Shown: positions 1 to 12,666 of the stretch, one piece after another
Layout: each line of letters begins with the position of its first letter
Position numbering within the stretch: position 1 is the first letter of the stretch
DNA from: Rebecca billardiae RCC1528
Lineage: Eukaryota > Protista > Haptophyta
DNA: 64,000 nt
Direction: 5' to 3'
Assembly (NCBI GenBank): GCA_965240325.2
Contig: OZ251225.1
Span: 186,001-250,000 of the forward strand
Position numbers and translations under genes: made by a program
The notes under the pieces: model-generated
What the model was told of the DNA's origin: nothing
Seen by the model: only the letters and a program-made list of their open reading frames with translations
Databases searched by the model: none

Positions 1-998
1 GGTTCGCTTCGACCGAGTGCCTCGAGTGGACCGCTGCACTCTGAGTCCAGCATTCCCATGTCGTGCGCGCTGTGAGTGTGCGCACTGACAGCGGCAATGA
101 TGGCCGCCGCAAGGTCCGCCTCCGGAGACGACGGCGCCTGCCGTGCGAGCTGATGAGCCGCATTGTCGTTGCCGTTGGCCTTGAGGGCAATGGTGGTGGT
201 TGCGTGCCATGGTGGCATCGTTGGCGGGGGCACCCCTGCCGCTGTCGGCTCGCCAGCGTTCGCGGCGACGTGCGCCGAGAACTGCGAGTGCGAAACGCAC
301 CGGGGCGTGGGAGCAGAGCCCGACTGATCGGCCGGCGAAGACGCAGCGGCGGTCTTGGTAGTAATAGTGGTAGAGGAGCCGGGCGTCGCAACCGAAGTAC
401 GGAGGCGCGCGGCGGTGTCCGTGTTCTGGTTGCTTGGCCGCGTCTGCGGCTGCGTGATGACGGCTGTGCCGGGTAGCAAGGCGTTGTCGAGGAGCGGCGG
501 CGGCGCGGGCGAAAGCGCATTCGTCGGGCCCAGCTGCGCATCCCCCGCCGGCATGGTGGATGGGTGCCACACCGGGTAGGCAGGCACACTCGACGCGTGG
601 AACGGTAGCGGTCGTTCGGTCACCGGCGTAACGGGCATTGCCACGGGAACCGTCGGAGCTATCGGCGTCGCGGCCGTGTGCGGGAAGAGCGTGGTGGTGG
701 GCATGCTCGTGCCGATGGGCGCCAGCAACGCGGCTGGGCGTGGGCCGTCAGGCACACGCGCCGCATCAGCAAGCAGCCCGGCGGTGGTGTCCGCGGCCGA
801 ACTCGTCGGCGGCGGGCGGCGGTGCCGACGGTTCTGAAACCAGATCTGCACTTGGCGCGGAGTCGCGTTGAGCGAGCGCCCAAGTGTCTCGCGCAGTGCA
901 CGAACTGGGTACGGGTGCGTCTCGTACACGCGCTCGAGCACCCGCCGCTGTGACGGCGTGACGTTCCACTTCGTCTCGCCCGCGGGCCCGACTGGCAT
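1..998 (-). CDS. Homeodomain transcription factor, 3' end outside the window; probable intron 236-300
   Basis: Minus-strand translation from ATG 998: MPVGPAGETKWNVTPSQRRVLERVYETHPYPVRALRETLGRSLNATPRQVQIWFQNRRHRR. Homeodomain positions Q12, L16, Y20, Y25-P26 and W48-F49-Q50-N51-R52-R53 are all in register, followed by a Pro/Thr/Ala-rich tail. Absent from the ORF track because there is no stop inside the window. Confidence 0.9.
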   Translation of the reverse strand, partial: MPVGPAGETKWNVTPSQRRVLERVYETHPYPVRALRETLGRSLNATPRQVQIWFQNRRHRRPPPTSSAADTTAGLLADAARVPDGPRPAALLAPIGTSMPTTTLFPHTAATPIAPTVPVAMPVTPVTERPLPFHASSVPAYPVWHPSTMPAGDAQLGPTNALSPAPPPLLDNALLPGTAVITQPQTRPSNQNTDTAARLRTSVATPGSSTTITTKTAAASSPADQSGSAPTPRCVSHSQFSAHVAANAGEPTAAGVPPPTMPPWHATTTIALKANGNDNAAHQLARQAPSSPEADLAAAIIAAVSAHTHSAHDMGMLDSECSGPLEALGRSE

Positions 999-1599
999 GG
1001 TGAAGTCCGCGCGCTCGTTGTCCACGTGCGCCGTGCGGTGAGCGGTAATTGCAAGGCGGCTTCAACTTTCAAGGTGTGCGCCGGGCCGAGTTTCCTCCGG
1101 ATAGTTCGACGATGATGAACTTCTGACGACAACATGACTATCATACAACGGCACAACGCTACCGTCTGTATTAATTTATCAACGCACGGGTACGCACCAC
1201 GCTCAATCATTGGCGCAAAGAGGTGGGGGACGAATGTGAATCGCTTGCATTTTGAGCAGCAAACGACATACGGTACGCATATTCATTGGGATCCAGCCCT
1301 CACAGGGCATGTTAATCGGGGTCTTCACCGACGCCGCAAGCGGCCAAGCGCAACAAATTCCAAGGGGTTTTGAAACATAGTACTTCGGACATGTGTCCCT
1401 GAATAAAACTGTGCCCTGGCGGGCGGGGGGGTCGGCGGGCCGTGCCAGTGCTGTCGCAATGTATCCTTTGCGGGTTCGCGTCTTTCCACATTCGCTCGTG
1501 GCCGTGGGTTACGGACAGTCGAGTGCAAGGACCAGTGATGACACGTGAAGTTGGCTCCCCGACGTGTGACACGTCTGGCAGTCTGTACTCTTATGCGCA

Positions 1600-2121
1600 T
1601 CAGCGAGGCCCACACCCACGAGGGAATGTGCAGCACGCGGGGCGGGGCGGGTAGCCCGTTGCTCCGCGCGAGCGCGGGTACGCACTGTATGTGCCGCATC
1701 TCGACCGCGATGGCCTAATCGAGCGCCTCGCCGGCCCTCGCCGCCGACGAAGCCGCCAGAGTAGATCATGTGCATGTCCTCCTGCCGCCAGCCGAGAGCG
1801 GTCGTCGCGAGGATGCTTGCCGATGTCTGCTCCGGGCATGATGGGCTCGGCGCAGGTCGCGTTGGCGTCGTGCACGGCTGCCACGCTGAGCACGAGCGCG
1901 TTGACGTTCGCGCGGTCGTCGCTCTTCGCCTCGTGCGACAGGTCTGGCGCCTGCGTGTTCGGCGGCACAAGGAGCTGTTGGTTGTGCGCGCGCGCGCACA
2001 GCGACAGCGTGTGCCACTCGCGATCGAGAGTGGGCACGAGCTGCTCGAGCAAACACACGATTCGCAGCGCATCCGTCACCGGCGTGACGACGTCCGCCTC
2101 GTCCCGCAGCGCCTGCGCCAT
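1600..2121 (-). CDS. Possible hypothetical protein or coding relic
   Basis: Protein-like composition from MAQALRDEADVVTPVTDALRIVCLLEQL within ORF 1600..2472; no recognisable motif. Confidence 0.2.
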   Translation of the reverse strand: MAQALRDEADVVTPVTDALRIVCLLEQLVPTLDREWHTLSLCARAHNQQLLVPPNTQAPDLSHEAKSDDRANVNALVLSVAAVHDANATCAEPIMPGADIGKHPRDDRSRLAAGGHAHDLLWRLRRRRGPARRSIRPSRSRCGTYSAYPRSRGATGYPPRPACCTFPRGCGPR

Positions 2122-3306
2122 GGACGAGGATGGCGCGGCGATGTTGCATGCTCGACGTCCCGTCTCTCTGCAGATGGCAACACGGGCTTGTCTGTGTCGC
2201 GCTGCGGCGAGGGTCGCCAACTCGCGAAGACGCGGTTGCTGCCACGGCGACAGACCCGGGAGGTGCGTCCGCTGCGCGTCGTACGCCGTTGGCGCTGCGC
2301 TTCCGTCGCATTGGTCACCGTCGACGCCATGCAGGCCGGACGTGGGCTTCGGCGAGGGACCGGACCGCGAGCAATGACCGAGTCCGGTGCGCGGATTCCG
2401 CGCCAAATCTTGCGTCGCGTGCGATGGCGCTTCCCGCCCGCGAGACGCCTCGTGATGAGGGCTTTCTCGCACCGAGCCCGACGCGCGACGGTGGATCGCG
2501 CGAGGCGGTCATCGTGCGCAGCGCATGATGCTATGGCCGGTGCGAGCTTTCGACGTGCACGTCGGGCGAGGATCGCCCCAAGTCGCACGATCGTGTCGAC
2601 GCGCCGAGCGTACCGCATCAAACGGGTCGATTTGGGCCCCGTTCGACCTGCACGCGAGACGACGAGGGCAGCAATCGCGAATCGGGCGAAAACCCGTCTA
2701 GGGAATCCTCGCGCAATGTCCGCGCCGGCGTTGGATTCGGCGCGCGCGGCCCACGCGCTCCGCGCCAGGCGCCATATGGTTTTCGGCCGAGCGTCCCCAG
2801 TGGGAGCTGCGAGGGCGCCCGGTAGTGAGCGAAGCGACCCGGCAGTGAGGGAGGCGATTTTCTTTTCTACTTTGCGAGGCGATTTTCTTTTTTCCTTTTC
2901 TTTTTCTTATCTTTTTCCCGGGCACTACAAGGGGCGGACCTACGGCCCGCCATAATCATCGCCCCCATCCAATATTAATCACGGTAAGTCAAAGTGTCGC
3001 TGATACCGCGCACCTTCTGGTAGTTCAACGGCCCTGCACTCCCATCTCCGTCTGGACCATTATTGTTGCTGACAAACAAACCTGGATGAGGTGGCTGCGG
3101 CCGCCTCCGCGCCGCGACGGCGCTGGCGCGCCGCGAGGCGGCCGCAGCCCTCATCCAGGCATTGTAGGCGGACGGCTGAATAACGAATCTTCCGACGGGC
3201 GCTTCTGGCGGCTTCTGCGCTATACCATCGGGCATCGGGGCGACGGCTCCCGATAGTCATAGTCCCGCGGACTCTCGCCGCCTCCGTTGATTGACCGTTG
3301 AGACTT

Positions 3307-5008
3307 GGACAGGTTGCACAGGAAACTGTCCTTGGTGTTACATTTCTGATTTCTCAGAGACGGCGCCTCTGAAGGATGGCGCCCGCCCACTCGCCGCTCG
3401 TGGGTGGCGCGCGCCTCGCGTGTCGATGCAGCCCCGCATGATGACTAGCTGAATGCGCGTGTCGTCAGGACTTGTCCGCGTGCGCTACATCCCTTGAGCT
3501 AGCACAGCCGGGACACCCTCGCCGTCGGCAGTGACTGTCATCATCCCAGCACACGTCGCGTGATGAGACGGCAAAGCCACAGCAGCATCACCCTCTCGAC
3601 CAGGATCATCAGGCAGCTGGAGACAGTCCTCCCTTCGACGCGTCTCGGAGCGAGCGCACACGCCCGGCTCTATCTGCTTCACACCGCCCGCGCCATCCGC
3701 CTCGAGCCCGCCAACGCCCGTCACCACGCGCAGTATGGCAAACCGTCATGATCGGACCGAGCTCGTCGACGAGTGCAGCCTTCGCCAGCAGTGCCGCGCG
3801 CGAGCATTCGAGTTCGACAGTAAGTCGTCAGCGACTTGTGGGCCGGCGGGGAGATCCACGCGTGGCATGATAGCATGTAGGTCGTCAGCTCCTGCTCGGT
3901 GTACGCACGCGCTCTGCATCTGAACACTCGATAGAAGCTTTCGATGATCACCATCGAGCTGTCTACGTGAGCCTGTGCGACCGTCTGCGCAACACCTCGC
4001 GCCTCACCCTTGGTGCTGCGCTCACGCGAGACAAAGAAGGCTATGTAGGGCTCACTGACCATTCGTACAGTAAGAGCGTCCTTGCCGCAGCGAGTGACAG
4101 CTTCCTTCGCCCGCTCCTTGGCACTCGCCCTGCTGTTCTTGGGCGTGAGTGAGGCGTGGTGCCTCGTCAGCCTGCCGAGCAGTTCTTGTCGATGCGTGTC
4201 ACAGCGCGGAAGCACGTGTGCGTTCGAGAGGCGTCGTGCGTGGATGCCGTTCTTCATGCTGACGACATAGACGGACTGCGTAGCGGCCATCTCCTCATCC
4301 AAGAGCCTCGAGCATGCCACGACTCTGACACTTCAGCGCTCCGGCCGGCGCGCATGCACCATCAAGTGCAACCGAGCGATTGAGAGGTAGCCGCCGCCAG
4401 CTTTTCGACCCTCACCAACACGCGCTGGATGAACATTGCAAGGTTGTCGCATTCTATGAGTGTCGCGTGTCTCCTCCCGCGACTGTTGCTGCGCAACGTG
4501 ATGTGCAAGACCAGTCGCGCGCGCGCTCCATCCAATGCATGCACAGCTGATGCATGGACGTGGCCGAGCGCAAGCACGCACGCGCGAGTCGTAGGCTGCG
4601 AACGTCGTGTGCGGCCAGACTGCGACGTGCATGGCACGTATCCACCTTGCATTGCTACCTCTCTTCACACCGGGCCTGGAACTCTTCCAGGCTGAGACGG
4701 CCTGCTCTGCTGCCCTCTGCGACTCAGATGCCACGTGAACGTGCCGCGCGGCTGCGCGATGTCGCGATTGGAGCTCAAGGGTGGTTGACTTTCGGTACAT
4801 GCTACTCAAGCAGGAAGAGGCCGATCGAGGCGCGGAGTGGCGCGCTGCACCCGCAACAGCGGGCATCGTGCAGCGCGCGAGAGCGCGCGCCGCTTCCGAG
4901 CGCACGGCGACGGCGCCATGTACCGAAAGACGGGTGGACAGGTCGCGTCCACTGGGAATATGTAACATCTGTCAGTCGCGGGCGGTCATTTTTCCGTGCA
5001 ACCTGTCC
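3307..5008 (-). mobile_element. Decayed Mutator-like (MULE) DNA transposon with degenerate TIRs
   Basis: Inverted ends GGACAGGTTGCAC(A)GGAAA...TGTTACAT (3307 onward versus the reverse complement ending 5008), with patchy similarity for about 130 bp. Minus-strand remnants occur in MULE order: VALDGA (~4357-4372), VVSMKNGI..NAHVLPRCDTH (CxxH, ~4191-4270), FYRVFRCRARAYTEQEL (~3886-3935), broken by frameshifts. No clean TSD. Confidence 0.5.
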
Positions 5009-5164
5009 TTGACGCAGGCCGCGCCGGCAGGGCGGTCCGGGGCGGAGCGGGTGAGGCAGCCTTGGCGGGCGTCCTGAATCTCGTCTCACTGACGCCTGCT
5101 GGCTGCTCGGCGCACTGAGCTCATTCTGAGTGTGCGTCTCGTATTCTACGCTGCGTAGTACTGA

Positions 5165-5230
5165 TTATATAGCTCTATATATATATATATATTAACTATT
5201 ATATAATATATATATATATATATATATTAA
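5165..5230. repeat. (TA)n microsatellite / AT-rich tract
   Basis: Directly visible TA runs just beyond the stop codon at 5275. Confidence 0.9.
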
Positions 5231-5274
5231 AGTAAACCGTGTCACTGGCGCCATCATACACACTACCACTACCG

Positions 5275-8200
5275 CTATCTGCTGAGGAAGCTAGGCACGA
5301 TGGCGCGTTCGCGCGCGGCGAGCGCCTGCGCCGCGCTGAGCGGCATCCCCCCGGCGAGCTGCGGCGCCGGCTCCATCGGCGGCAGGCCCACGCGCGCGGC
5401 CGGCGAGCGGCGGGGCATGTGCGCGTACGGGCCGAGAGGCTGTGTCGTAGTGCGGCGCGGGCGGGCGGGCGTGAGGGGGCGCGCGGTCAGCGTGCCGGGC
5501 GGCGCGGCGCGACATGGCGCGGCGCGGCGCGGCGCGCGGTCCGCGCGCGGCGGCGCGCGCGCGCGCACGTTGGCGACGGCGCTGCTGACCAGATCGCGCG
5601 GCGCGACGGCGGCGGCCGCGTGCGGCGGCTCGGGGCGCGCGACGGCGTTGGGCGAGCCGGTCGCGCGGCGCGCGGCGGCGAGGGCGGCGGCGGCGGACGC
5701 GCCGTGCTGCTGCTGCGGCGGCGGCGGCGGCGCAGGCCGCATCGCCGCCGAGCCCGCCGCCGCCGAGAGCGGCATGCCCGTGGCGACGCGCGAGCGCTGC
5801 GGGCGCGAGCGCGCGGAGAGATGGCCGCCGCCCGCGCCCGCGCCCACGCCCGCGGGCGGCGGCGGCGGCGGCGGCTGGCCGACGGCGAGGCCGGGCGGCG
5901 CGGGCGGGTTGCGCGGCGGCGGCGGCGCCCAGTTGGCCGCGCCCACGGCGCGCGGCACGCTCGTGCCCGCCTGCGCGCGCGCGGCGGCGGCGGCGGCGGC
6001 GGCGCGCGGGCGGGCGCGCGGCGGCGCGTGAGCAGGGCGCGGCGGGCGCGCGCGCGCGCGCGCCTCGCCCCCGCGCCCGCTCGCGCGCACGCGTGGCGCC
6101 CGCACCATCACGTCCCGGCCCCGCGGCTGCCGCTGCACGGGCGGGTGTGCGTTGACGGCGCTGTGGTAGAACTGGCCCTGGCTGCCGTGCAGCACGACGA
6201 GGGTGAGCGCGGCCATCGCCGCCTCGCGGTTGCGCGCCTGCTCGACGAAGAGCTGCTCGCGCCGCAGCTCCCACCTGCGCGCCGCGTCCTCGTGCCGCGC
6301 GGCCATCCGCTGCAGCGCGCGCTCGACAGGGTCCGCCTTGCGCGCGCCGCCGCCCGCCGCGCCGCCGCCGGCGTCCGCGCCGGCGCGCGGCCGCGCGGCG
6401 CCCGCGTACCGCGCCATGTTGCGCTCGATCTTGTCCAGCTGCTTCTTCTCGAAGTGGCGGTTCGCCAGCGCGCGGCTCTTCTCGCGCGTGATCGCCTCCT
6501 CGCGCCGGAGGATCGAGTGCGCCACGTGCGCAAACTCGGCACTCACCTCGCCCGACGACTTGGCGTCTGCGAGCGCCTGCGTGATGCGCGCGACCTCCTT
6601 CTCGAGCTCGGCGAAGCGCGAGTCGGCGAGGTGGCGCACCGCGTCCGTCGTCGCGCTCGCCTTGCGCTGCGCGCGGGGGCGGGCGCGCGCGCGCGCGGGG
6701 GGGCGCGCGCGGCTCAGGCCGAGGGGCGGCGGCGCTCGGCCGCGGCGCGCGGCGCGGCGCCGCGCGGCGCGGCGCGGCGCGGCGCGGCGCGGCGCGGCGC
6801 GCGGCGCGTGCGCGCACCTCGGCCTCCGCCTTGAGCGCCGCGGCCTGCGCGTCGATCTGCGCGTGCAGCTCGGCCACCTCCGCCGCGGCCGCCTCGAGCG
6901 CCGCGCGCTCGCCCCTGCCCAGCCCGGGCTCGACCCCCAGCTCGGCCGCCAGCGTCGCCGCCTCCACCTCCGCGCTGCCCATCAGCGCGGCCAAGAACTC
7001 GAGCTCCTCCGCCTCCGAGGCGGGCTTGAAGTTGTACGCGACGGAGAGGCGGCGGCGGCCGGGGGAGGTGAGCGCGGAGTCGGACGCGACCGTCGACTCG
7101 GAGAGCGTCACGCTCGCCTCCGCGCGCAGCCGCGCCTCCTGCGCCAGCCGCTCCTGCAGCTCGGCGAGCGCGGCGCGCGCGTCGTCGAGCTGCTGCCGCG
7201 CGTGAGCGCCCTGCTCCCGCGCGGCGTCGAGGTCGGTCTGCAGCGCGGCGGCGACCTTCATGAGCGTGCGCTCGCGCGCGGCCGCGTCCGCCGCGTCGCG
7301 CGCCGCCTGCTCCTCCATCGCCGCGTACGCCGCGTCCGCCAGCCCCTGCGCCTCCTCCGCCGAGACCATGTCTCCGGCGTCTGTCTGCGCGGCGCGGTGC
7401 GCGCGCTGCACGCCCTCGTACAGCGCGAGCCTGGCCTGCGCGGCGGCGAGCGCCTCGTGCGCGGCGTGGATCACCTCGTCCGCGACGTCCGCGTCGCCGC
7501 GCGCGTCGACGATCGCCTGCAGCTGCTCCACCTGCGTCTCGAGCGCCGCCGCGCGCGCCGCCGCCGCGCCGCGCGCGCCGTCGAGCTCGTGCGCGATGCG
7601 CCGCGCCTCCGAGCGCTGCGCCTGCAGCAGGCCGCGCGTCTGCGCCTCCTGCTCGCGCAGCAGCTCGACCTCGGCCTGGAGCATGGACTCGACGGCGGAG
7701 GCGACGCGGCCGGGCTGCGCCTGCACCGAGCGCACCGTCTCGTCCAGCTGCGCGCGCAGCTCCGCGCTCAGCTCCTCCTGCACGCGCAGCGCGTCGAGCA
7801 GGTCGTCGATCGTCTCGGACGGCGTGCGCGGCCGCGCGTCGATGCCGTCGGCCGCGGGCGCGGGCGCGATGCCCGAGGCGAGGAGGGAGGCGATGGTGGT
7901 GTGGCGCTGCAGCCGGCCGAGCGCCTCGGCCTGCTGCGCCGGCGGCGGCGCGCGCGGCGCGCCCTCCTCGCGCGCCATCGCCACGCCCACGCCCACGTCC
8001 GCGCGCCCGCCGCCGCCGCCGCCGCCGCCGCCCGCCGCCGCCACGTCGAAGGCGTCCGAGCCGGTCTCGCGTGTGGGCGCGCGCTGCAGCGGCGCGCGCG
8101 GCGGCGGCGGGTCGGTGCCCACGCCGGCGGAGGCGGTGGCGGGCGGCGGCGGCGGCGCGTCCGTGCCCACGCCCGCGCTCGCCGCCGCGGGCGCCGCCGG

Positions 8201-11200
8201 CGGCGGGTCGGTGCCGATGCCGACCGCCGCCGCTTGGCCCGCCGCCTGCGCCTGCGGCTGCGGCTGCGGCTGCGGCTGCGTCTGCGCGCTCGAGTGCGCG
8301 CGCTGCAGGTGCGCGGGCGGCGGCTCGGTGTTGACGGCGGAGTCGGCGGTGGGGAAGCCGCGCGGCGCGGCGGCGCGGCCGGGCGAGCGCGCGGGCGAGA
8401 GCGGCGGCATCGGCGGCTGCCCCTCGCCCCCGACCACGTCGAGCGCCGACGTGGCCGACGAGCGCGACGCATGCCGAGCGAGGCCGGCGCCCGCGCGGCC
8501 GGGCGGCGCGGGCGCGGCGACGAGCGCGCGGTCCGCGTCCTGCAGCTGCGCGCCGAGCCCGCGGAGCAGCGCGACGAGCCGGTCCTGCGAGCGCTCCGCC
8601 GCCTCGGCCCACGCCTCGAACAGCGCCAGCGCGCGCCGCTCCGCCTCCGCCTGGATCGCCAGCTCGGAGCCGAACGCTGCGCCCACGCCGCCCGCGCCGC
8701 CCGCGCCGCCCGCGCCGCCCGCGCCGCCCGCGCCGCCCGCGCCGCCGCCCGGCGCGGCGGCGGGGCCGGCGAGCGCGGCCGCGGCGGCGGCGGCGCCGCC
8801 GCCCGCGCCGCCGGGGGCGTACGCGTCGGCCTCGGCGCCCGCGCCCGCGCGCGCGCCCGCCTCGCCGCCCTCCTCCCCCGCGCCCGCCGCCGCGCCTCCG
8901 AGCAGCGGCGGCGCCGCCGCCCGCTGCCGCGCGCGCGCCACGCTCGCGGTGGCCACGCCCACCGCCACGGCCGAGTCCGAGTCGCGCTGCGCGAGGTCGG
9001 CGCCCGCCATCTCGGCGAGCGCGATGCGGCGGAGGAAGGCGTCCTCGTCCGCGGAGGCCGCGGCGAGCGAGTCGAGCGGCGAGCGCCGCTCCGCCTGCCT
9101 CCGCTGCCGCCGGCGCAGCGCCGCGCGCTCCCGCCTCGGCGCCGAGTCGAGCGTCGCCGTCCAGAGGTCGGCGAGCCGCGCGTCGAGGTCCGCCTCCGCG
9201 CGCGCGGCCTCGTCGCGCAGGGCGCCGAGGGACGCGCGCTCGGCGTCGGAGAGCGGGTCGAGCGGCGGGAGCGAGGCCTCGCCGTGCAGCGGCGCGCCGT
9301 CCGCGCCGCGCGGCGCCGCGGCGCGCGCGGCGCGCGCCTCGGCGCGGCGCGTCGCCGCGTCGTCCGCCGCGGCGGCCGCGCGCGCGAGCGCGTCGCGCGC
9401 CGCCTCGGTCGCGCCGCCGACCGCGCCCATGTGCAGCCCGATGCGCGAGACGCCCGCGCGCGCCTCCTCCGCGGCGTCGTCGTCGCCCGCCTGCGCCGCC
9501 TCGTCGGCCTGCGCCGCCAGCGCCGCCTTCACCTCCGCCGCCGCCGCCAGTCCGTCCTCGGCCGCGCCCACCAGCCGCGCGCGGTGGCTCCGGAACCACG
9601 CCCTGCGCTCGTGCAGCGCGACAAGGTCCACAAAGCCCGAGCGGTGCGCGGCGTGCTCGCCCGCGACGGAGGCGAGCTCGCGCGCGGAGCGCGCGACGAG
9701 GGCGAGCTGCGCGTGCGTGCGCGAGAGCGCGCCCTCGCCCGCCGCCTCCATCGCCGCCGCCGCCTCGTCGAGCGGCGGCGGCGCCGCGCGCGCGGCGGCG
9801 GCGGGCGCGCCCTCGCCCTCGCCCGCGCGCGCGCCCGCCTCCGCGTCGGCGCCGCCGGCCGCGGGCGCGGGCGCGTACTCGGCGGCGGCGGCGGCGAGCG
9901 TGAGCTCGGCGAGCGCGGCGGCGATCGCCGCGCGCACGACCACCGCGCCGTCCGACGGCGAGAGCCCCTCGTCCTCGCACACCTCGGGCACGGCCGCGGC
10001 GGCGGCGCGCGCGGCCGCGTCGAGACGGCTGCGCGGCGCGTGCGCGCGCTGCGCTTCGAGCGTCGCGCGCGCGCCCGCCGCCGCGTCCTGCGCGGCGGCG
10101 AGCTGCTCGCGCAGCGCGCCGAGCTGCTCGTCGAACTCGTCGCGCGCCTCCGCCGCGGCGCCGACGAGCTCGCCGTCCCGCGCGTCCAGCTCCGCGCGCG
10201 CCGCGTCGAGCTCGGCGCGCAGCTGCGCCAGCTCGGCGGACATCGCCGCGCTCGCCGCCGCGTCGGCGCCGCCGCCGCCGCCGCCGCCGCCCGCCGCCGC
10301 GAGCGCGGCGGCCGCCTCGAGCTGCGCCTGCTTCGCCTCGGACTCGGCGAGCAGCGTGTCCGCCTTGTGCTTCGCCGAGTCCAGCTCGTCGCGCAGCAGC
10401 ATCAGCTCGAGGATCGACGCGGTGCCCGCGCGGCGCTCCTCGCGCAGCTGCTGCCGCTCATCGTGAATGTCCGCGCGCAGCTCCTTGATCTCGGCGACGA
10501 GCTCGGCGAGGGCGCGCTCCGCCTCGCGCGCGCGGCCGAGGGCGTCGTCGCGCTCGGAGCGGAGGGTCTCGCGCTCCATCACCGCGGCGGTGCCCGCGCG
10601 CCGCTCCTCCGACACCTGCTGCTTCAGCTCGCGCACGTCGTCCTTGGTCGCCGCCAGCTCGGCGCGCGCCTCGTCGCGCTCGCGCGTGAGCTCGTCGCGC
10701 AGCCGCTGCAGCTCGAGGTCGGTCACGGCGGCGGCGGCGCCGCGCGCCTCGCGCATCGCGCGGTCGGCCTCGGCGGCGCGCTGCTGCGCGGCGGCGAGCT
10801 GCGACTCGAGCAGCCGCATCTGCTCGTGCACCTCCCCCTCGCGCAGCCGCGCGCCCGCCAGCTCGTCCGCCGCCTCGTCGGTGCGCGCGCGCTCGTCGAG
10901 GTGGCTGAGGTCGAGCTCCGCGCGCTTGCCCTCGAGCGTGGCGCGCAGCGCGTGCGCGTCCGTGTCGAGCGCGTTGGCGCGGAGCAGCTCCTTGTGCGCG
11001 CGCTCCTCGGCGGAGAGCGCGCGCTCGGTCATCGCGCGCAGCGCGGGCATCAGCTGCTCGTCCGTGATGCCGATCTCCGCGCCCAGCGTCGCGACGTGCG
11101 CGGCCGCGCGCGCGGCGGCGCCGCGCGCGTCAGCAAGCGAGGCGGCGCTCGCGCCGCCTCCGCTCGCGAGCTGCTCGCGCAGCCGCTCGGACTCGGCCTC

Positions 11201-12666
11201 GGCCTCGAAGACGCGGCCCTCGAACGCCTCGAGCTGCTCGCGCAGCATCGTCTCCGCCCGCGCGTCCGACGCCACGCGCTCCGCCACCAGCGCCTCCTCC
11301 TTCGCCGCCAGCTCGGCCGTGAGCGCGCCAATGCGCTCGCGCAGGGAGGCCGACTCGGCCGCGCCCGCCTCCGCGGCCGCCGCCGCGGCGCGCGCGGCGT
11401 CGAGCTCGGCGAGCGCGGCGTCGAGCTTGGCCGCGAGCTCGTCGGCCTCCTCCGCGCGCGCCGCGCGCTCGAGCGCGTGCTGCGCCTGCACCGACGCCGA
11501 GTCGCGCTCCGCCTCGAGGAACTTGATCCGCGCGCGCGTGCGCTCGGCCTCGGCCGCGACCGCGTCTCGCTCGGCGAGCATCGTCGAGCGCAGCTCGGAG
11601 ACCTGCTCCTGCAGCCGCTCGTTCTCGGCGGTGATGCCGCGCGCGTCGGCGAGCTGCAGCTCGTGCAGGTTCTTGCGCAGCACCTCGCACTCGCGCCCGA
11701 GCCGCTGCGACTCCTGCTCCTGCATCGCGAGCTGCGTGGCGAGCGTGCGCGCCTGCTCGAGCGCGTCCGCCACCTTCTCACGCAGGCCCTCCTCCTGCTC
11801 CTTGTTCAGCTCGAGCTGGTCGGAGTAGAGGCCGACCTGCTCGTACAGCGCGTGCGCCTTGTCCGCGACGCGGCCGAAGAGCTCCACCTCGCGGTCGTGC
11901 AGCAGCGCGAGCCGGCCGCGCGACTTGGTCGTCTTCTCGATGCTCGACAGCCCGGCCTCCGCCTCGTCGATCAGCCGCGCGTCGACCGAGGGCCCCTCGG
12001 GCAGCTCCTCGCCCGCCTTCGCCTCGAGCGCGAGCGCCTTGTGCACCTTGGCAAGCAGCTTGCCCGCCTGGACGTTGCGGTCGTCCGCCGAGTTGAGGAT
12101 GATCTCGATCGTGTCCTTCATGTCGTACAGCGCCTCCTCCCACGTGAGCGGCACGCCGTCCGCGCCGATCGCGCCCGTCTCCGCGATCGTGCCCGCCATC
12201 GTCGCCTCCGCGCGCACCTCGTACGCCTGCGCGGAGAGGGGCGGGCGGGCGGGCGGGCGGGCGGGCGGGCGGGCGGGCGGGCGGGCGGGAGGCGCGCGTG
12301 AGGCGCGGCGCGTGCACCCCGCGCACCGGCGCAGGCCGCGGCCGTGGCGCGCGCGCGCACCTCGATCGCCGCCTCCGCGCGCTTGATGATGTCCTCGTGG
12401 TCCTTCGCCTTGTTGAACTTGGCGAAGACGGCGGCCGCGGCGTCGGCGGTCGTCGTCGATCCGCCCTGCACGGCGCTCACGCCGCCCACGCCCACGGGCG
12501 GCGGCGGCGCGTTCGTGCGCGGCCGCGGCGCCTGCAGCTTCACCGCTGCCCGCGGCTCTGCCGCGGGCCGCGGCAGCGCGCGCCCGGGCACGCGCGGCGG
12601 CGTGTGGTCGACGAGGGGCACTTGCGCGCCCCATGCTGCCCGCAGCAGCGGGTTGTCCTGCCGCAT
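5275..12666 (-). CDS. Very large coiled-coil, Ala/Glu/Arg-rich protein of unknown function; exons 12666-12361, 12226-6818, 6666-6106, 5970-5569, 5439-5275
   Basis: GT-AG introns join three ORF-track frames in phase (IIKRAEAAIE|AYEVRAEAT; AALKAEAE|RKASATTDAVRHL). Long heptad-like E/L/R/A segments and Pro/Gly spacers. The last two introns are in-frame and less certain, and exon 2 may hide further introns. Confidence 0.7.

Noticed and set aside
2851-2951. CACTACAA motif, adjacent hairpin and duplicated GAGGCGATTTTCTTTT as a CACTA, Helitron or LTR end
   Set aside because: No partner terminus, TSD, PBS or PPT found in the window.
3940-4970. LINE-like motifs on the plus strand (DDHHRAV, LHADDI, RPLGI)
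   Set aside because: LHADDI precedes RPLGI, the wrong order for a reverse transcriptase, and RPLGI falls inside the right TIR. The minus-strand MULE reading explains the region better.
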